A stretch of DNA of 64,000 bases from Methanomassiliicoccaceae archaeon (GTDB taxonomy: Archaea > Thermoplasmatota > Thermoplasmata > Methanomassiliicoccales > Methanomassiliicoccaceae). Positions 10,143 through 20,034 of the stretch are shown here, piece by piece. Both the position numbers and the translations under genes were made by a program. Below the pieces are notes generated by a model. It searched no databases. It saw nothing but the letters and a program-made list of their open reading frames with translations, and had not been told where the DNA came from. Location: positions 384,001 through 448,000 of the forward strand of contig JAXGZN010000002.1 in the NCBI GenBank assembly GCA_040776945.1, given 5' to 3'. Each line of letters starts with the position of its first letter. The first letter of the stretch is position 1.

Positions 10143-10799
10143 TCAACCGATCATGAGGGACGAGAGCACAGTATTGCCCTCTCGTGCCCTGGCGGGAAGC
10201 CTCTTTCCGCAGGTTGGACAGGAGCGGAAGCTGAGGAGGACGATGCCGCCGCATTCGGGGCACTCCGCCGTCGGCGCCCTAGGGTCAAATCCGCAGTAGG
10301 GGCAGAGGTCAGGGTCTCCCCTCATCGTGCGGCCGCAGAGCGCACAAGCGTACCCGCCACCCGGTGGCGACCTCCCGGCGAGGCCAGCGGGGGGACCGGC
10401 GGCCACGGAACAGAGGGAGTCCATAGCGCTCTCCGCCCCACGCACGTCATGGGCCAATATCCTCTCTTCGACGGCATCCAACTCCTTGGAGGTCATGCCC
10501 AGGGCCCTGGACCCCCTCTTCATCCCTGCCAGGCGGTGGAGCGACGGGAGCATCAGGCCGACGCGGCCCTCGTAAAGGGATATCGCCGACCAAGCTTCGT
10601 TGACCATGCCCTTGGCCAGCAGGTCCTCGATGGAGCGGAGGTCCGCCTCCAACGCCTGCTTGGCGCAGCCCAGCTCCGCGAACGGTCCCTTGGAAAGCTC
10701 GCCCCTTAGCTCGATCACCCGCTGATGCGGCCGCACCATCGAATCAAGGCACGCGCTGATGTTCCTCGTTCTCGTAAGCAGTTCCCGGGCAATGTCCAA
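10143..10799 (-). CDS. helical protein with C-terminal double zinc ribbon
   Basis: CALC..CPYC..CPEC..CPTC; probable TTG start at 10799 preceded by a GGGGGTGA SD-like sequence. Confidence 0.7.
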   Translation of the reverse strand: MDIARELLTRTRNISACLDSMVRPHQRVIELRGELSKGPFAELGCAKQALEADLRSIEDLLAKGMVNEAWSAISLYEGRVGLMLPSLHRLAGMKRGSRALGMTSKELDAVEERILAHDVRGAESAMDSLCSVAAGPPAGLAGRSPPGGGYACALCGRTMRGDPDLCPYCGFDPRAPTAECPECGGIVLLSFRSCPTCGKRLPARAREGNTVLSSLMIG

Positions 10800-10807
10800 G
10801 GCCGGGC

Positions 10808-11224
10808 CTATTCGCTCACCCCCCAGAACCCGCTCACGCCGTCCAGCCCTATGGCCGCCCGGTCCACGGTCAGACCCCTGTCCCTCGCCTCCATGACCTT
10901 GGACTCGATGGAGATCAGCTCCGACCTGCCCTGCCTGACGACCTCCATGACCTGATCCAGCTCCTGTCGCGCCAGGTCGGTCCGCCTTATGCATTCGCGG
11001 TACCGCTTCTGCCGCAAGAGCGTTCGGGACGAGTCCAGCTCAGCAGAGAACTCGGCAACGGCGAAAGGAGGAAGGGACCTAATCCCGATCGACAGCTCCT
11101 CGATCCCCCTCTCGGCCACAGGCCGGTTCTTGCGGCCGTCCCAGAGAGCGAACGACACGGTGAGAACGATTATCAGCAGAGCTGACACGATCAGCAACGA
11201 TGGGACGATGAGCCCGCCCTGCAA
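10808..11224 (-). CDS. N-terminally membrane-anchored coiled-coil protein
   Basis: N-terminal TM helix then charged helical sequence; GAGGTG SD upstream; 8 bp from the next gene. Confidence 0.7.
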   Translation of the reverse strand: MQGGLIVPSLLIVSALLIIVLTVSFALWDGRKNRPVAERGIEELSIGIRSLPPFAVAEFSAELDSSRTLLRQKRYRECIRRTDLARQELDQVMEVVRQGRSELISIESKVMEARDRGLTVDRAAIGLDGVSGFWGVSE

Positions 11225-11339
11225 GATGGTTCCACCTCGTTCTTGGATGGGTCTCGGAATGCCTTATATTTTCCCCGGCCTAGCCGACCCCCACTCCTGC
11301 AAAGGGGACAGATGAACAAGATGGAAAGGAGCCCCCGCC

Positions 11340-11580
11340 GTTCGAAGTAAGGTAAGCCGTCATTATAATATTAATATTCATAATATATTAAGCGAGCAAC
11401 GTGTCCGGACAACGTCCCGCATCATACTAAAAATGATTCCTTGTATTATCCATTTTCATAACTGGCTTTGATATTGGCGTACCGTCCTTTTATAGACACC
11501 CCGAACGTCTCATGCCTTTACTGCTAAGGTATTGCCGTTTCGTTCGTTTATAAATATAATATTATAAACATAAACTGAAG
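11340..11580. promoter_or_regulatory. AT-rich divergent promoter region with TATA-like boxes
   Basis: cattataatattaatattcataatatatta (~11361-11390) and tttatataaatataatattataaa (~11547-11570) in otherwise GC-rich DNA between divergent genes. Confidence 0.55.
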
Positions 11581-11623
11581 GGCATGGCAGGACCGGTCAG
11601 CCGCCGGACATAGGGGCGATCCC

Positions 11624-13909
11624 ATGAACAGGATCACAAGATTTGTGAAGAAAAGGCCGAGGAGCGCGTTGATCGCGATAGCGCTCGTAGGAACGCTGAT
11701 GCTCATGGCAACCCTGGCACCCCTTGCCACGGAAACTTCCAATGCAGGTTACGTGCTGAGCAGGAAGAACGCTTCCCTCAGCCTGAGCGTTGGATCGACC
11801 GAGGTCAAGGTCGGGGAAAAGGTCCACCTTTCCGGCATGCTTTCCGGAGTTGCCAACAAGGCCTATGCCAAGATCTCGTTGTCGGTCGTCATGCCCGACG
11901 GTTCGTTGACCTATCCCGCCCAGGGGACGACCACCTACACGTCCAGGACCGGCGGTTTCTCCATCGATCTCGTACCCAAGGTGCCCGGCAGGTACACGGT
12001 CACCGCCTCCTATCAAGGCGGCCGAGTTGATGTTTCCGCCAGCAAGGCGATCACCGCACTGGCCGCCAGAAGCACGGCGGCCCCGGTCAAGGCTGCGACC
12101 TCCATCGGCCTGGCATTGGGCTCTTCGAGCGTCACTGTCGGCGAGGCCGTGATCGCCAACGGGACGCTGACCTCAGGCGCAGGCGTGGTCGGGGCCCCGA
12201 TCGGCGTGTCCATAACCCTTCCGGACGGGTCCTCGGTGAACATGGGCCGCTCGCAGATAACCACAGGTGCCATGGGCGCATTCTCCTTCGAGTATGTTCC
12301 GACCATGGTCGGCAACCACAATCTGACGGCGACCTACGCCGGCAACGACACTCTCAAGGGATCTACGACCAGCGTGTCGTTCGCGGCCATATCGGAGGTC
12401 GCGCCAGAGCCGCCGATCGCCACATCCCTCACCCTGACCCCGTCCGCGGCGACAATCGAGGTCGGGAAGAACATACGCGCTTCGGGCCTGCTGACCGGCC
12501 TTACGCCAGTGTCCGGCGAGACGGTCGATGTTCGCGTGACCCTCCCCGACGGGTCCGCCGTCAATCCGGCCCAGGGACCAACGGTGACAACAGGCCAGGA
12601 CGGAACGTTCTTGATCGACTACACGCCAAGGGCCATCGGGAACCACAGGTTCACCGCGACCTTCTCTGGCAGCTCTCAGCTGAGGGGCTCTTCGGTCTCC
12701 GCCGCCTTCACCGTAACCGAGCCGGCGGCACCTCCCGTCCCGGACCCGGGCACCGGGGGCGACCCTCCGGTGGCGCCGCTATCGTACGCCTTCACCGTCA
12801 CCTCCTCAGGTCCCAACTACGTAACGAAGAGCGCCTCCGGGGCCACGGTCTACTCCGGGACCAACGCCGCGACGGCCATCCAGACCGCGCTCAACTCCCT
12901 GACCTCCGGTCGGACGTCCAAGCAGGCGGTCCTGCTCCAGGGAGACTTCAGCGTGACAAAGGCCATAAGCATGCCCAGCTACACCATCTTGGTACTGGAG
13001 GGCAAGGTCACGTGGGGCTCTAGCGCCGTAGGGTACATCCTTACCGCCGTCAACAAGAACAACTTCGAGGTCCGTGGAGGGGAATGGGACGGCAACAAGG
13101 CGTCCCGGACCATGACGTCGAGCAGCAATCCTTTCGCCTTCGAGCGCTGCAGCGACGTGATCATCTCGAACCTCAAGGTACACGACGGCCCGTACGACAA
13201 CATCGAGTTCGAGTACAGCGAGAGGATCACCATCTCCAACGTGGAGAGCTACAACACCCGGTGGACGTCCATCGTCATGGCGTACTCCAACAACTGCATC
13301 ATAGAGAACTGCCACATCCACGACTCCGACCAGGGCGGGTGCTACTTCTACTGCGAGGACGACGGCGTGGCCCAGACCATCAACAACAACATCATCCGCA
13401 ACAACCTGGTGGAGCGCACCTGGACCTCTGGACTGAGCTTCAGCATCAGGGGTGTGGAGGACCGCACCGACGGCGGCCTCATCGAAGGCAACACGGTCAT
13501 CGACGGCGGCCGGGACACCGATCATCCGGGCATCAACATCGGCTGGGGCGCCGGCCGCCTTGCCACCAACACCATCGTGCGGAACAACCTGATCTATTCG
13601 ACCTCCCGCGCCGGGGAGGGCGGGATCGAGTTCGCCGGGAGCGGCTGCGTGTGCGAGGGCAACACCATCCGCGACACCCCGGGATACGCGATACACCTGG
13701 TGGGCAACAATAACCGCGTGACAGGCAATTCGATCACCAACGCCGGCTGGGACGACGGCGGGGCCGGGGTGCACATCGAGGGCAGCAACAATATGGTAAC
13801 GGACAACACCATCATGAACTGCCGCACCTACGGCATCGCGGTGTACAGCGGCACTGGGAACACGATATCGCCGAACACCTTCTCTGGGAACAATAGGAAC
13901 GTCCGTTGA
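11624..13909 (+). CDS. secreted protein with three Ig-like repeats, a Pro-rich linker and a right-handed parallel beta-helix (pectin lyase-like) domain
   Basis: Signal/TM peptide; three repeats of 'V.lPDGS...TT...G.F...y.P...G....TAty.G'; Asn-rich PbH1 repeats (NNIIRNNLV, NNRVTGNSI, NNMVTDNTI). Confidence 0.88.
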   Translation: MNRITRFVKKRPRSALIAIALVGTLMLMATLAPLATETSNAGYVLSRKNASLSLSVGSTEVKVGEKVHLSGMLSGVANKAYAKISLSVVMPDGSLTYPAQGTTTYTSRTGGFSIDLVPKVPGRYTVTASYQGGRVDVSASKAITALAARSTAAPVKAATSIGLALGSSSVTVGEAVIANGTLTSGAGVVGAPIGVSITLPDGSSVNMGRSQITTGAMGAFSFEYVPTMVGNHNLTATYAGNDTLKGSTTSVSFAAISEVAPEPPIATSLTLTPSAATIEVGKNIRASGLLTGLTPVSGETVDVRVTLPDGSAVNPAQGPTVTTGQDGTFLIDYTPRAIGNHRFTATFSGSSQLRGSSVSAAFTVTEPAAPPVPDPGTGGDPPVAPLSYAFTVTSSGPNYVTKSASGATVYSGTNAATAIQTALNSLTSGRTSKQAVLLQGDFSVTKAISMPSYTILVLEGKVTWGSSAVGYILTAVNKNNFEVRGGEWDGNKASRTMTSSSNPFAFERCSDVIISNLKVHDGPYDNIEFEYSERITISNVESYNTRWTSIVMAYSNNCIIENCHIHDSDQGGCYFYCEDDGVAQTINNNIIRNNLVERTWTSGLSFSIRGVEDRTDGGLIEGNTVIDGGRDTDHPGINIGWGAGRLATNTIVRNNLIYSTSRAGEGGIEFAGSGCVCEGNTIRDTPGYAIHLVGNNNRVTGNSITNAGWDDGGAGVHIEGSNNMVTDNTIMNCRTYGIAVYSGTGNTISPNTFSGNNRNVR

Positions 13910-13926
13910 GCGGTCTCGCGGCCTCC

Positions 13927-13958
13927 CCGCCTCCAGAGCGGAGGCGGCGTTCTTTTTT
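13927..13958 (+). terminator. intrinsic terminator-like hairpin plus U-run
   Basis: ccgcctcc-agagc-ggaggcgg followed by cgttctttttt, 18 bp after the stop. Confidence 0.7.
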
Positions 13959-14086
13959 CCCTGGGCCGGGACAGAGGCCTCGTTCGACGCACGGCCGCCG
14001 GTCGGCCGATGCCCCCGGCCCATTTGATTAACGATAGAGAAATATAAGCGCGAAGGCCATTCGGAGCCCGCGAGGGACTGACTAGC

Positions 14087-15355
14087 TTGAAAGCCAGGTC
14101 CACAGGCCGCAAGGCAATAATGCTGGGCATGCATCTGAAGATCCTGCAGGAGATGGGCTCGCACGGCGTGAGCTGCATATCCATGCTCCCTCGGCGACAA
14201 CTGACGGCCTATTCGCGTTATGGCACCCAACAAGCTTGCCCTGGTCCGGAGGTCGATGAGGCAGGGGCCCTCGACACCCTCTATGACAGATGCGTGAAGG
14301 AGGGCGACAGCCCGGTGCTCATCCCGTACAGCGACACATGGGTAAATGCCGTCACCAAGCAAATGAGCAGGTTCAAGGAGGTCTCCACCCCTTGCATGCC
14401 CGACAGAGAGGCTGCGGAGCTGGTGCTGGACAAGGAAAGGTTCTGCCGACTGGGTCAGCAACGGGGATACATGACCCCCATGTCCTGGACCTTGGAGGAG
14501 GCTCGCGAACTGAGCGATGGCCAGTTCCCCATAGTGGCCAAGCCGAAGGTCCACCGGATGACCGGAAACAGGGGGATGGTCCAGATCAACCGGCAAATGG
14601 ACCGCCTGAGGTTCGTGGTGATCAAGGACCGCCAGGAACTGGAGCGTTTCGTTCTAAGGGAGAGGGACCTGCTGCCCTATCTCACCTTTCAGGAGTACGT
14701 CCGGGGAATGACCGACGCGATCTACAACATCGGGCTGTACGCGGACCGCAGATCGACGGTCCTGGGCTCGGTCAGCGGACACAAGATGCGCGGTTATCCG
14801 GCGAGCCACGGGGACTGCGTGCTGGGAGAGAACTGCGAGCTCCCTGAAGAGCTGATGGAAAATGCCCTGAAGATAGTTAGGGACCTCAGGCTCACCGGCC
14901 TGGCCGAGTTCGAGTACAAGAAGGACTCGGAGACGGGCGACTTCAGGCTCATCGAGGTGAATCCTCGAGCCTGGTCGTGGATCGGCATAACCCCGGCCTG
15001 CGGGGTCAGCCTGCCTATGATGGCCTATAAGGACCTTACCGACGCCTATGATCCATCGGACTTCGAGCCCTTCAGCGGCAAGGTGAAGTACGTCCGGCTG
15101 CTGGAGGACCTTGCGAACTGCATGTATCTCTACGGCAAGGACCACCCCCCGTTCAAGCGCTCTCCCTCGGAATGGCTCAGGGACATCAAGGCCGATCGCC
15201 TGGTGGTCTACGACTTCGACCGGCGGGACCCTCTGCCGAGCGCCATTATAATGGTCAACATGCTCCAGAACATGACCCGCCACGCCCTGGGCCGGAGGGG
15301 CGCCCAAGCCGAAAGGGGGCGGGGAACGGACCGGGACCCGCCGCCCGCGATGTAG
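14087..15355 (+). CDS. ATP-grasp carboxylate-amine ligase (D-aspartate ligase-like, polysaccharide-locus type)
   Basis: VLIPYSD, LDKERF, FPIVAKP, FQEYVRG, AEFEYKKD...LIEVNPR ATP-grasp motifs. Confidence 0.88.
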   Translation: MKARSTGRKAIMLGMHLKILQEMGSHGVSCISMLPRRQLTAYSRYGTQQACPGPEVDEAGALDTLYDRCVKEGDSPVLIPYSDTWVNAVTKQMSRFKEVSTPCMPDREAAELVLDKERFCRLGQQRGYMTPMSWTLEEARELSDGQFPIVAKPKVHRMTGNRGMVQINRQMDRLRFVVIKDRQELERFVLRERDLLPYLTFQEYVRGMTDAIYNIGLYADRRSTVLGSVSGHKMRGYPASHGDCVLGENCELPEELMENALKIVRDLRLTGLAEFEYKKDSETGDFRLIEVNPRAWSWIGITPACGVSLPMMAYKDLTDAYDPSDFEPFSGKVKYVRLLEDLANCMYLYGKDHPPFKRSPSEWLRDIKADRLVVYDFDRRDPLPSAIIMVNMLQNMTRHALGRRGAQAERGRGTDRDPPPAM

Positions 15356-15403
15356 GCCGAACGTACAGAACGGCTGCCTTATCATACCAGGCAGGTCGCC
15401 CCA

Positions 15404-17383
15404 TTATTGCCGCGGACGGGCGGAAGGCACGTCCCAGACCGCCAGGCAGAACGTGTTCTGTCCATGGTCCCCGGCATTGGCGAGGTCCAGTGCGGCTGAG
15501 GTCACCGGACCGGCGTCCATGACCTTCTCAAAGACGATCGACCCCCCCGCCGCAAGCTTGGGAACGATGAACTGCCATGCCTTGGCCCCCTCTATCGCCT
15601 TGATGATCTGACCGCCGGCCTTGAGATAGTAGTCGGGGCGCTCCTTCGTGAACAGCGTCAGTCCGATGACGTCCTGTGCGGCGGAGCTCTTGAGGCTCAC
15701 CGCGGTCTCGCTCTCTGAGAGATCGACCCGGTCGATGAGGATCGAGCGATCGTATATCTCTCTAGGGGTTGCGTACCAAACGTTGTAGTTCTCGGACATG
15801 GCAGCGAAGTAGTCGTCGACCAGCGGCATAAGGTGCCAGGTGCCGTCTGGATGGACCTTGGCGCCCAAGGACACCATCTCCGCCCCGGTGATCCTTTCAT
15901 AGGGATGCCCCAGGGCGGGGTGGGACTCGACCGCGTAGTCCTTCCCCCCGTCGCTCACGTACGCGTATCGCCAGGTGTAATCATGCCATATCATCACCGC
16001 GCTGTTGCTGGCATAGATCTCCTGCCGTGCTGCCAGATCGTCCCTGGTGGCCGGAGCGAACGCGGGCTGCCAGTCATTGGTCTCCTCCAGGAAAGCGTAG
16101 GGGGAGGACCGCTGCAGCACCAGTCCCGGGTAGTCAGGATGGCGGTACATCACGCCGCCGAGGTTAAGGTCCTGGGCCTGCGAATGGCTATGGGTCTCAT
16201 CGTTGACCCAGATCATAACGTTCTTCTCGACCAAGCGGTCACTGATGAAATAGGGGGAGGTCGTGACGCGGCCCTGCTGCCAGATGTCCTGCTGCACATC
16301 GCCGTGGTCCACCCATGACCTCAGCGGTCCGTACATGGACTCGAACTGTTCGATCATCGGAATAAGGGCCGCCCGGTCGGATGAATGGCTGGTCACCGCG
16401 TGCAGCCCTATCTCCCACCCCGAGCTTTGAAGGGCGTAGAGGGCCTGCGCGTATTCCGGGTCGGTGTTCACGCTGTACTCCGAGTCACGGCTGGCGGTGT
16501 TCATCCACGCCAGGAACTCTCCGCGGACCCCGTACCTCTCCTTCAATTGCTTCATTATGGCCAGCTGCGCGGGGTTGGCCTGGTCGGCATGTATCTGCAG
16601 AGCCAAGGAGAAATCGTGGCCCCATGGAGTGATGGTCTTGTGGAGCCGGTCTCGATAGGTCACGCTGCCGCCGTTCCCGATGTCCATCCTTTTAATGACC
16701 ACAGCGGCCGGCGAGGACCACCTCTCCCTGTTGGCCTCCAAGGTCGCTCCGGCGAAGACGAGGCGGTCCTCCGCCCTCCCTGTCCGGAAGGAATGTTGGA
16801 AACCGTCAACCCCTACGTTCAAGTTTCCTCCGCTCACCTCCACGGCGATGTCCACCGTGCCCCTGGCGCGTACGTCGTACATGAACGAGAAGCTCTCGTA
16901 CTCGATCGTCCCCTCTCCAAGCCAGATATGTGGGGCGACGGTGATCTTGTTCGGAGTGAGCATGATGGCCGCGGAGTAGTACCACGACGAGGTCTTGGCG
17001 GATGAGAACTTGATGCTCAGACCTAGGAAGTGGGAGGCGTCAAGCGAGCTGAGGTCCAGCTTCATTCTCGTCGAGTTCGCCGTCATCGAGCTCTTCATCA
17101 GATATAGGCTGGAGGCATTGTTGTCAAGGGTCACCTTCAGCCCATCCTCTCCGATGCTGTAGCTCGTCCTCCCCCCGGTCGCCCTGATGCCAACCCCAAG
17201 CGGGAGGCCTCTGAACTCCTCCGAGATCACAGGGTCGCCGATGACATAGCCAGGTTCAGGGAAACGGTCCACGGTCCTCTTCGTCTCGTTTCCCTGCACG
17301 AGGATGCCTGCAGCTAGGACTGTCACGGCGCAGATGCACGCGGCCGCTACGAAGAAGTACCTCTGGGTGACCTTGTTGGCCAT
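15404..17383 (-). CDS. membrane-anchored extracellular protein with a polysaccharide deacetylase-like (NodB/CE4-like) domain
   Basis: N-terminal TM helix from ATG 17383; QIHADQ, GWEIGLHAVT, SWVDHG and VWYATPREIYD motifs. Confidence 0.65.
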   Translation of the reverse strand: MANKVTQRYFFVAAACICAVTVLAAGILVQGNETKRTVDRFPEPGYVIGDPVISEEFRGLPLGVGIRATGGRTSYSIGEDGLKVTLDNNASSLYLMKSSMTANSTRMKLDLSSLDASHFLGLSIKFSSAKTSSWYYSAAIMLTPNKITVAPHIWLGEGTIEYESFSFMYDVRARGTVDIAVEVSGGNLNVGVDGFQHSFRTGRAEDRLVFAGATLEANRERWSSPAAVVIKRMDIGNGGSVTYRDRLHKTITPWGHDFSLALQIHADQANPAQLAIMKQLKERYGVRGEFLAWMNTASRDSEYSVNTDPEYAQALYALQSSGWEIGLHAVTSHSSDRAALIPMIEQFESMYGPLRSWVDHGDVQQDIWQQGRVTTSPYFISDRLVEKNVMIWVNDETHSHSQAQDLNLGGVMYRHPDYPGLVLQRSSPYAFLEETNDWQPAFAPATRDDLAARQEIYASNSAVMIWHDYTWRYAYVSDGGKDYAVESHPALGHPYERITGAEMVSLGAKVHPDGTWHLMPLVDDYFAAMSENYNVWYATPREIYDRSILIDRVDLSESETAVSLKSSAAQDVIGLTLFTKERPDYYLKAGGQIIKAIEGAKAWQFIVPKLAAGGSIVFEKVMDAGPVTSAALDLANAGDHGQNTFCLAVWDVPSARPRQ

Positions 17384-17747
17384 ATTATCGGGTCCAGCCA
17401 AGTATCTAGCATGCTCGATAATTAACTTTCTTTGACAGAGTTCACGTTGGACACGACCGCTCGCGGCCACGAGCGCCGACCGGACCGAGCGTCCCGCCCC
17501 CCTTCGCAGCTCCTTGGCGCCGCATGCGCGAGGACAACCCGACATGAGGCCGGTGTCCCTCTTGTGGCCGGGGAACAAAGCGCTTCGAGATCGCATGGCG
17601 CTCCTCAGGAGGCAGCTGACGGCATCGCCGTGGTGGACCACGAGATCGTCAACGGACCAATGAGCTGGTCAATATCATTTTTTTACATGGAACGCTTAAG
17701 GCCCTACTTACGAGGGAACGGACAGGGCAAGGCCGTTCAGGGCCATC

Positions 17748-18332
17748 ATGCGTTGGAGGACGATGCCGATGAGCACGAGCGCTGGCCTGCGCGGGACCCT
17801 CTCCGCGGTCTTCGACCGTGCCGCCACTCTTGCCTATCAGGGCCTGGCCAAGATAGGCCTCCGGCTCACCTTCTATTACCTCTACTCCCTGGGACCAGAG
17901 CATCCCTCCGTTCAGAACAGGTCTCGAAGGCGGGAAGTCATCTGCCTTCCCGACCCCTCGCCGACATCCGACGAGGCCGCCATCACAGCCTATGTCGGAG
18001 GAGAGAGGGCGGGAAGGGTCGCCCTTACCGCCATGCCCTCCTACATACCCCGGATCAAGGCCACCTGGGACGCGGAGGGGGCGCTGATATACGACCTGAT
18101 GGTCTTGAAGGAAGGAAGGCGCCAGGGCATAGGCAGGTCCCTATTAACGGCCGCGATCGAGGCCAACGCAGGCACCAAGCTCTACGCCATGGTCTTCGTG
18201 ACCAACATGCCGTCCAGAAGGCTGTTCGAGAGCTGCGGCTTTCGGATCGAGGGGCGTTTGTTCTATGTCGAGGTGTTCGGTAAGGCCATCAGGAACGCGG
18301 GCTCATTGAGATATCTCAAGGTCGGGCAGTAG
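17748..18332 (+). CDS. GNAT-family N-acetyltransferase
   Basis: LIYDLMVLKEGRRQGIGRSLL (motif A) and NMPSRRLFESCGF; true start may be a downstream ATG. Confidence 0.85.
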   Translation: MRWRTMPMSTSAGLRGTLSAVFDRAATLAYQGLAKIGLRLTFYYLYSLGPEHPSVQNRSRRREVICLPDPSPTSDEAAITAYVGGERAGRVALTAMPSYIPRIKATWDAEGALIYDLMVLKEGRRQGIGRSLLTAAIEANAGTKLYAMVFVTNMPSRRLFESCGFRIEGRLFYVEVFGKAIRNAGSLRYLKVGQ

Positions 18333-18412
18333 GGCGACCATATGATGGGGCGCTCCGGCTCTCCGCGAACGGACCGCCGCGCCCCCCCCCCTCGGGCCTT
18401 TGGCCCCGGGGG

Positions 18413-18444
18413 GATCGGACGATCACCGAGCCCCTCGTCCGATC
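18413..18444. terminator. perfect 10-bp inverted repeat between convergent genes
   Basis: gatcggacga-N12-tcgtccgatc, preceded by a C10 tract (18382-18391) that can pair with a G-run. Confidence 0.45.
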
Positions 18445-18595
18445 AGCGCCGCTGCCCGCCCGATCCGAGAGGAGATAAATCATGATGGCGTTCAGGGACG
18501 AACGCGGACATGGCATCCCAACCTCACCGCCGCCCTATCCCCGCCCGGGAGTGAAGGCCCGACCGAACCTTATCTACGACGGAGTAGCGACCTAC

Positions 18596-19843
18596 TCATC
18601 CCTTGCGGACATCCCACCGGCGGTCCAGTAGGATCTGGGCCCTAAGCGGATCGGACATTCCCCCGGAGTTGAAGTCCGACGGCATGGAAACGTTGATGGC
18701 CCTCTCCACCCGGTGCCCGGCAAGCATGTCGAACCCGCCCTGCTTGTGGGCCCCGATGGTTATGGTGTAGTTGCCGGCCACGAGCAGCCTACGCGGAAAG
18801 GTCAGCCTGGCCTCGAAGGTGCCAGGTCCCAGACTGTCGTTGCTGGCATCCCAGTCGGTGAAATATGAGCGGATGAGCTCGTCGCCAAGGGAGTTGTTGA
18901 TGAAGACCCCCATGCGCAACTTCTCCGCCCTCTCCGGCAGGGAGAACCGCACCACGATGTCGAACTCCTCGGAACCGTCAATGAGGATGGCGTCCCTGCC
19001 GGACTGAAGTATGTCCATCGACAGGACCTCGATGCCCATGGCCTGGATGGGGAACACCCCGTCCTGGACCTCAAGGGAGCGGGAGTACTCGGCTATGACC
19101 TCGTCCACCGGGCCCTTGCCGGCCATCTTGCCCGCTCTCAAAAGCAAAGCGTTCTGGCACAGGTTCTTCACCGCGTGCATGTTGTGCGACACGAAGATGA
19201 CGGTGCGGCCTTCCTCCGAGACCTCCTTCATCTTTCCGAGGCATTTTGTCTGGAACTGCTGGTCTCCGACGGCCAGCACCTCGTCCGCGATCAGCACGTC
19301 TGGCTCCAGGTGCGCGGCCACGGCAAAGGCCAGGCGAAGGTACATCCCCGACGAGAACCTTTTGATCGGAGTGTCCAGGAACTTCTCCACCTCGGCGAAC
19401 CTGACGATGTTGTCGAACCTGGCCTCGATCTGCTTCTTGGTCATCCCCAGGATGGCGCCGTTGAGGAATATGTTCTCTCTGCCGGTGAGGTCGGGGTGAA
19501 ATCCGGTCCCGACCTCCAACAGGCTGCCGACCGAGCCCCGCAGCACGACCTCGCCCTCTGTGGGGTACGTGATCTGGGAGAGTATCTTCAGCAGCGTGCT
19601 CTTCCCCGCGCCGTTCCGTCCTATGATGCCGACGCTCTCTCCCTTCTGGACATCGCAGCTGATGTCCTTCAGGGCCCAGAAGCATTCCTTAGGCTGCCGG
19701 ACGCTCCTGAGGCTCCGGAGGGGATGGCGCACTGCCGTGGCGATGCTGTCGCCGAGCCTTCCCCCTCCCGAGTGGTAGTAGCCCCTGCTGGAGCTGATGA
19801 TGTATTGCTTGGAAACGTTGCGGATCTCGATCATCGGGTCCAT
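18596..19843 (-). CDS. wzt: polysaccharide ABC exporter ATP-binding subunit with C-terminal Wzt_C domain
   Basis: GRNGAGKST, FSSGMYLRLAFAVAAHLEPDVLIADEVLAVGD, VSHNM; C-terminal beta domain. Confidence 0.92.
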   Translation of the reverse strand: MDPMIEIRNVSKQYIISSSRGYYHSGGGRLGDSIATAVRHPLRSLRSVRQPKECFWALKDISCDVQKGESVGIIGRNGAGKSTLLKILSQITYPTEGEVVLRGSVGSLLEVGTGFHPDLTGRENIFLNGAILGMTKKQIEARFDNIVRFAEVEKFLDTPIKRFSSGMYLRLAFAVAAHLEPDVLIADEVLAVGDQQFQTKCLGKMKEVSEEGRTVIFVSHNMHAVKNLCQNALLLRAGKMAGKGPVDEVIAEYSRSLEVQDGVFPIQAMGIEVLSMDILQSGRDAILIDGSEEFDIVVRFSLPERAEKLRMGVFINNSLGDELIRSYFTDWDASNDSLGPGTFEARLTFPRRLLVAGNYTITIGAHKQGGFDMLAGHRVERAINVSMPSDFNSGGMSDPLRAQILLDRRWDVRKG

Positions 19844-20000
19844 AGGAGCACCTCTCCGGTCGCCTTGTTACCCCAGGCCATTCGCCCACTGATTGACCTT
19901 CTACTATTAAGTGGATGTGCCAGCGAGGCCGCCGCCCCGGAACCCGCATGACGCCATGCGCGATGCCCCGCTCGGTCGGAGGATTGGATTCATTGCGGTC

Positions 20001-20012
20001 GATATAAATATC
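20001..20012. promoter_or_regulatory. TATA box of a probably leaderless transcript
   Basis: GATATAAATATC about 25 bp upstream of ATG 20035, with no SD sequence. Confidence 0.55.
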
Positions 20013-20034
20013 CGCGCCGTGCTAGATCGCTCAC

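Noticed and set aside
9732-10263. Cys-containing ORFs in the 9.8-10.1 kb gap
   Set aside because: Overlapping alternatives with Arg/Pro/Gly-rich composition, no family motif and no clear start signal
12806-14596. 596-aa minus-strand ORF
   Set aside because: Antisense shadow of the beta-helix and ATP-grasp genes, as expected in high-GC DNA
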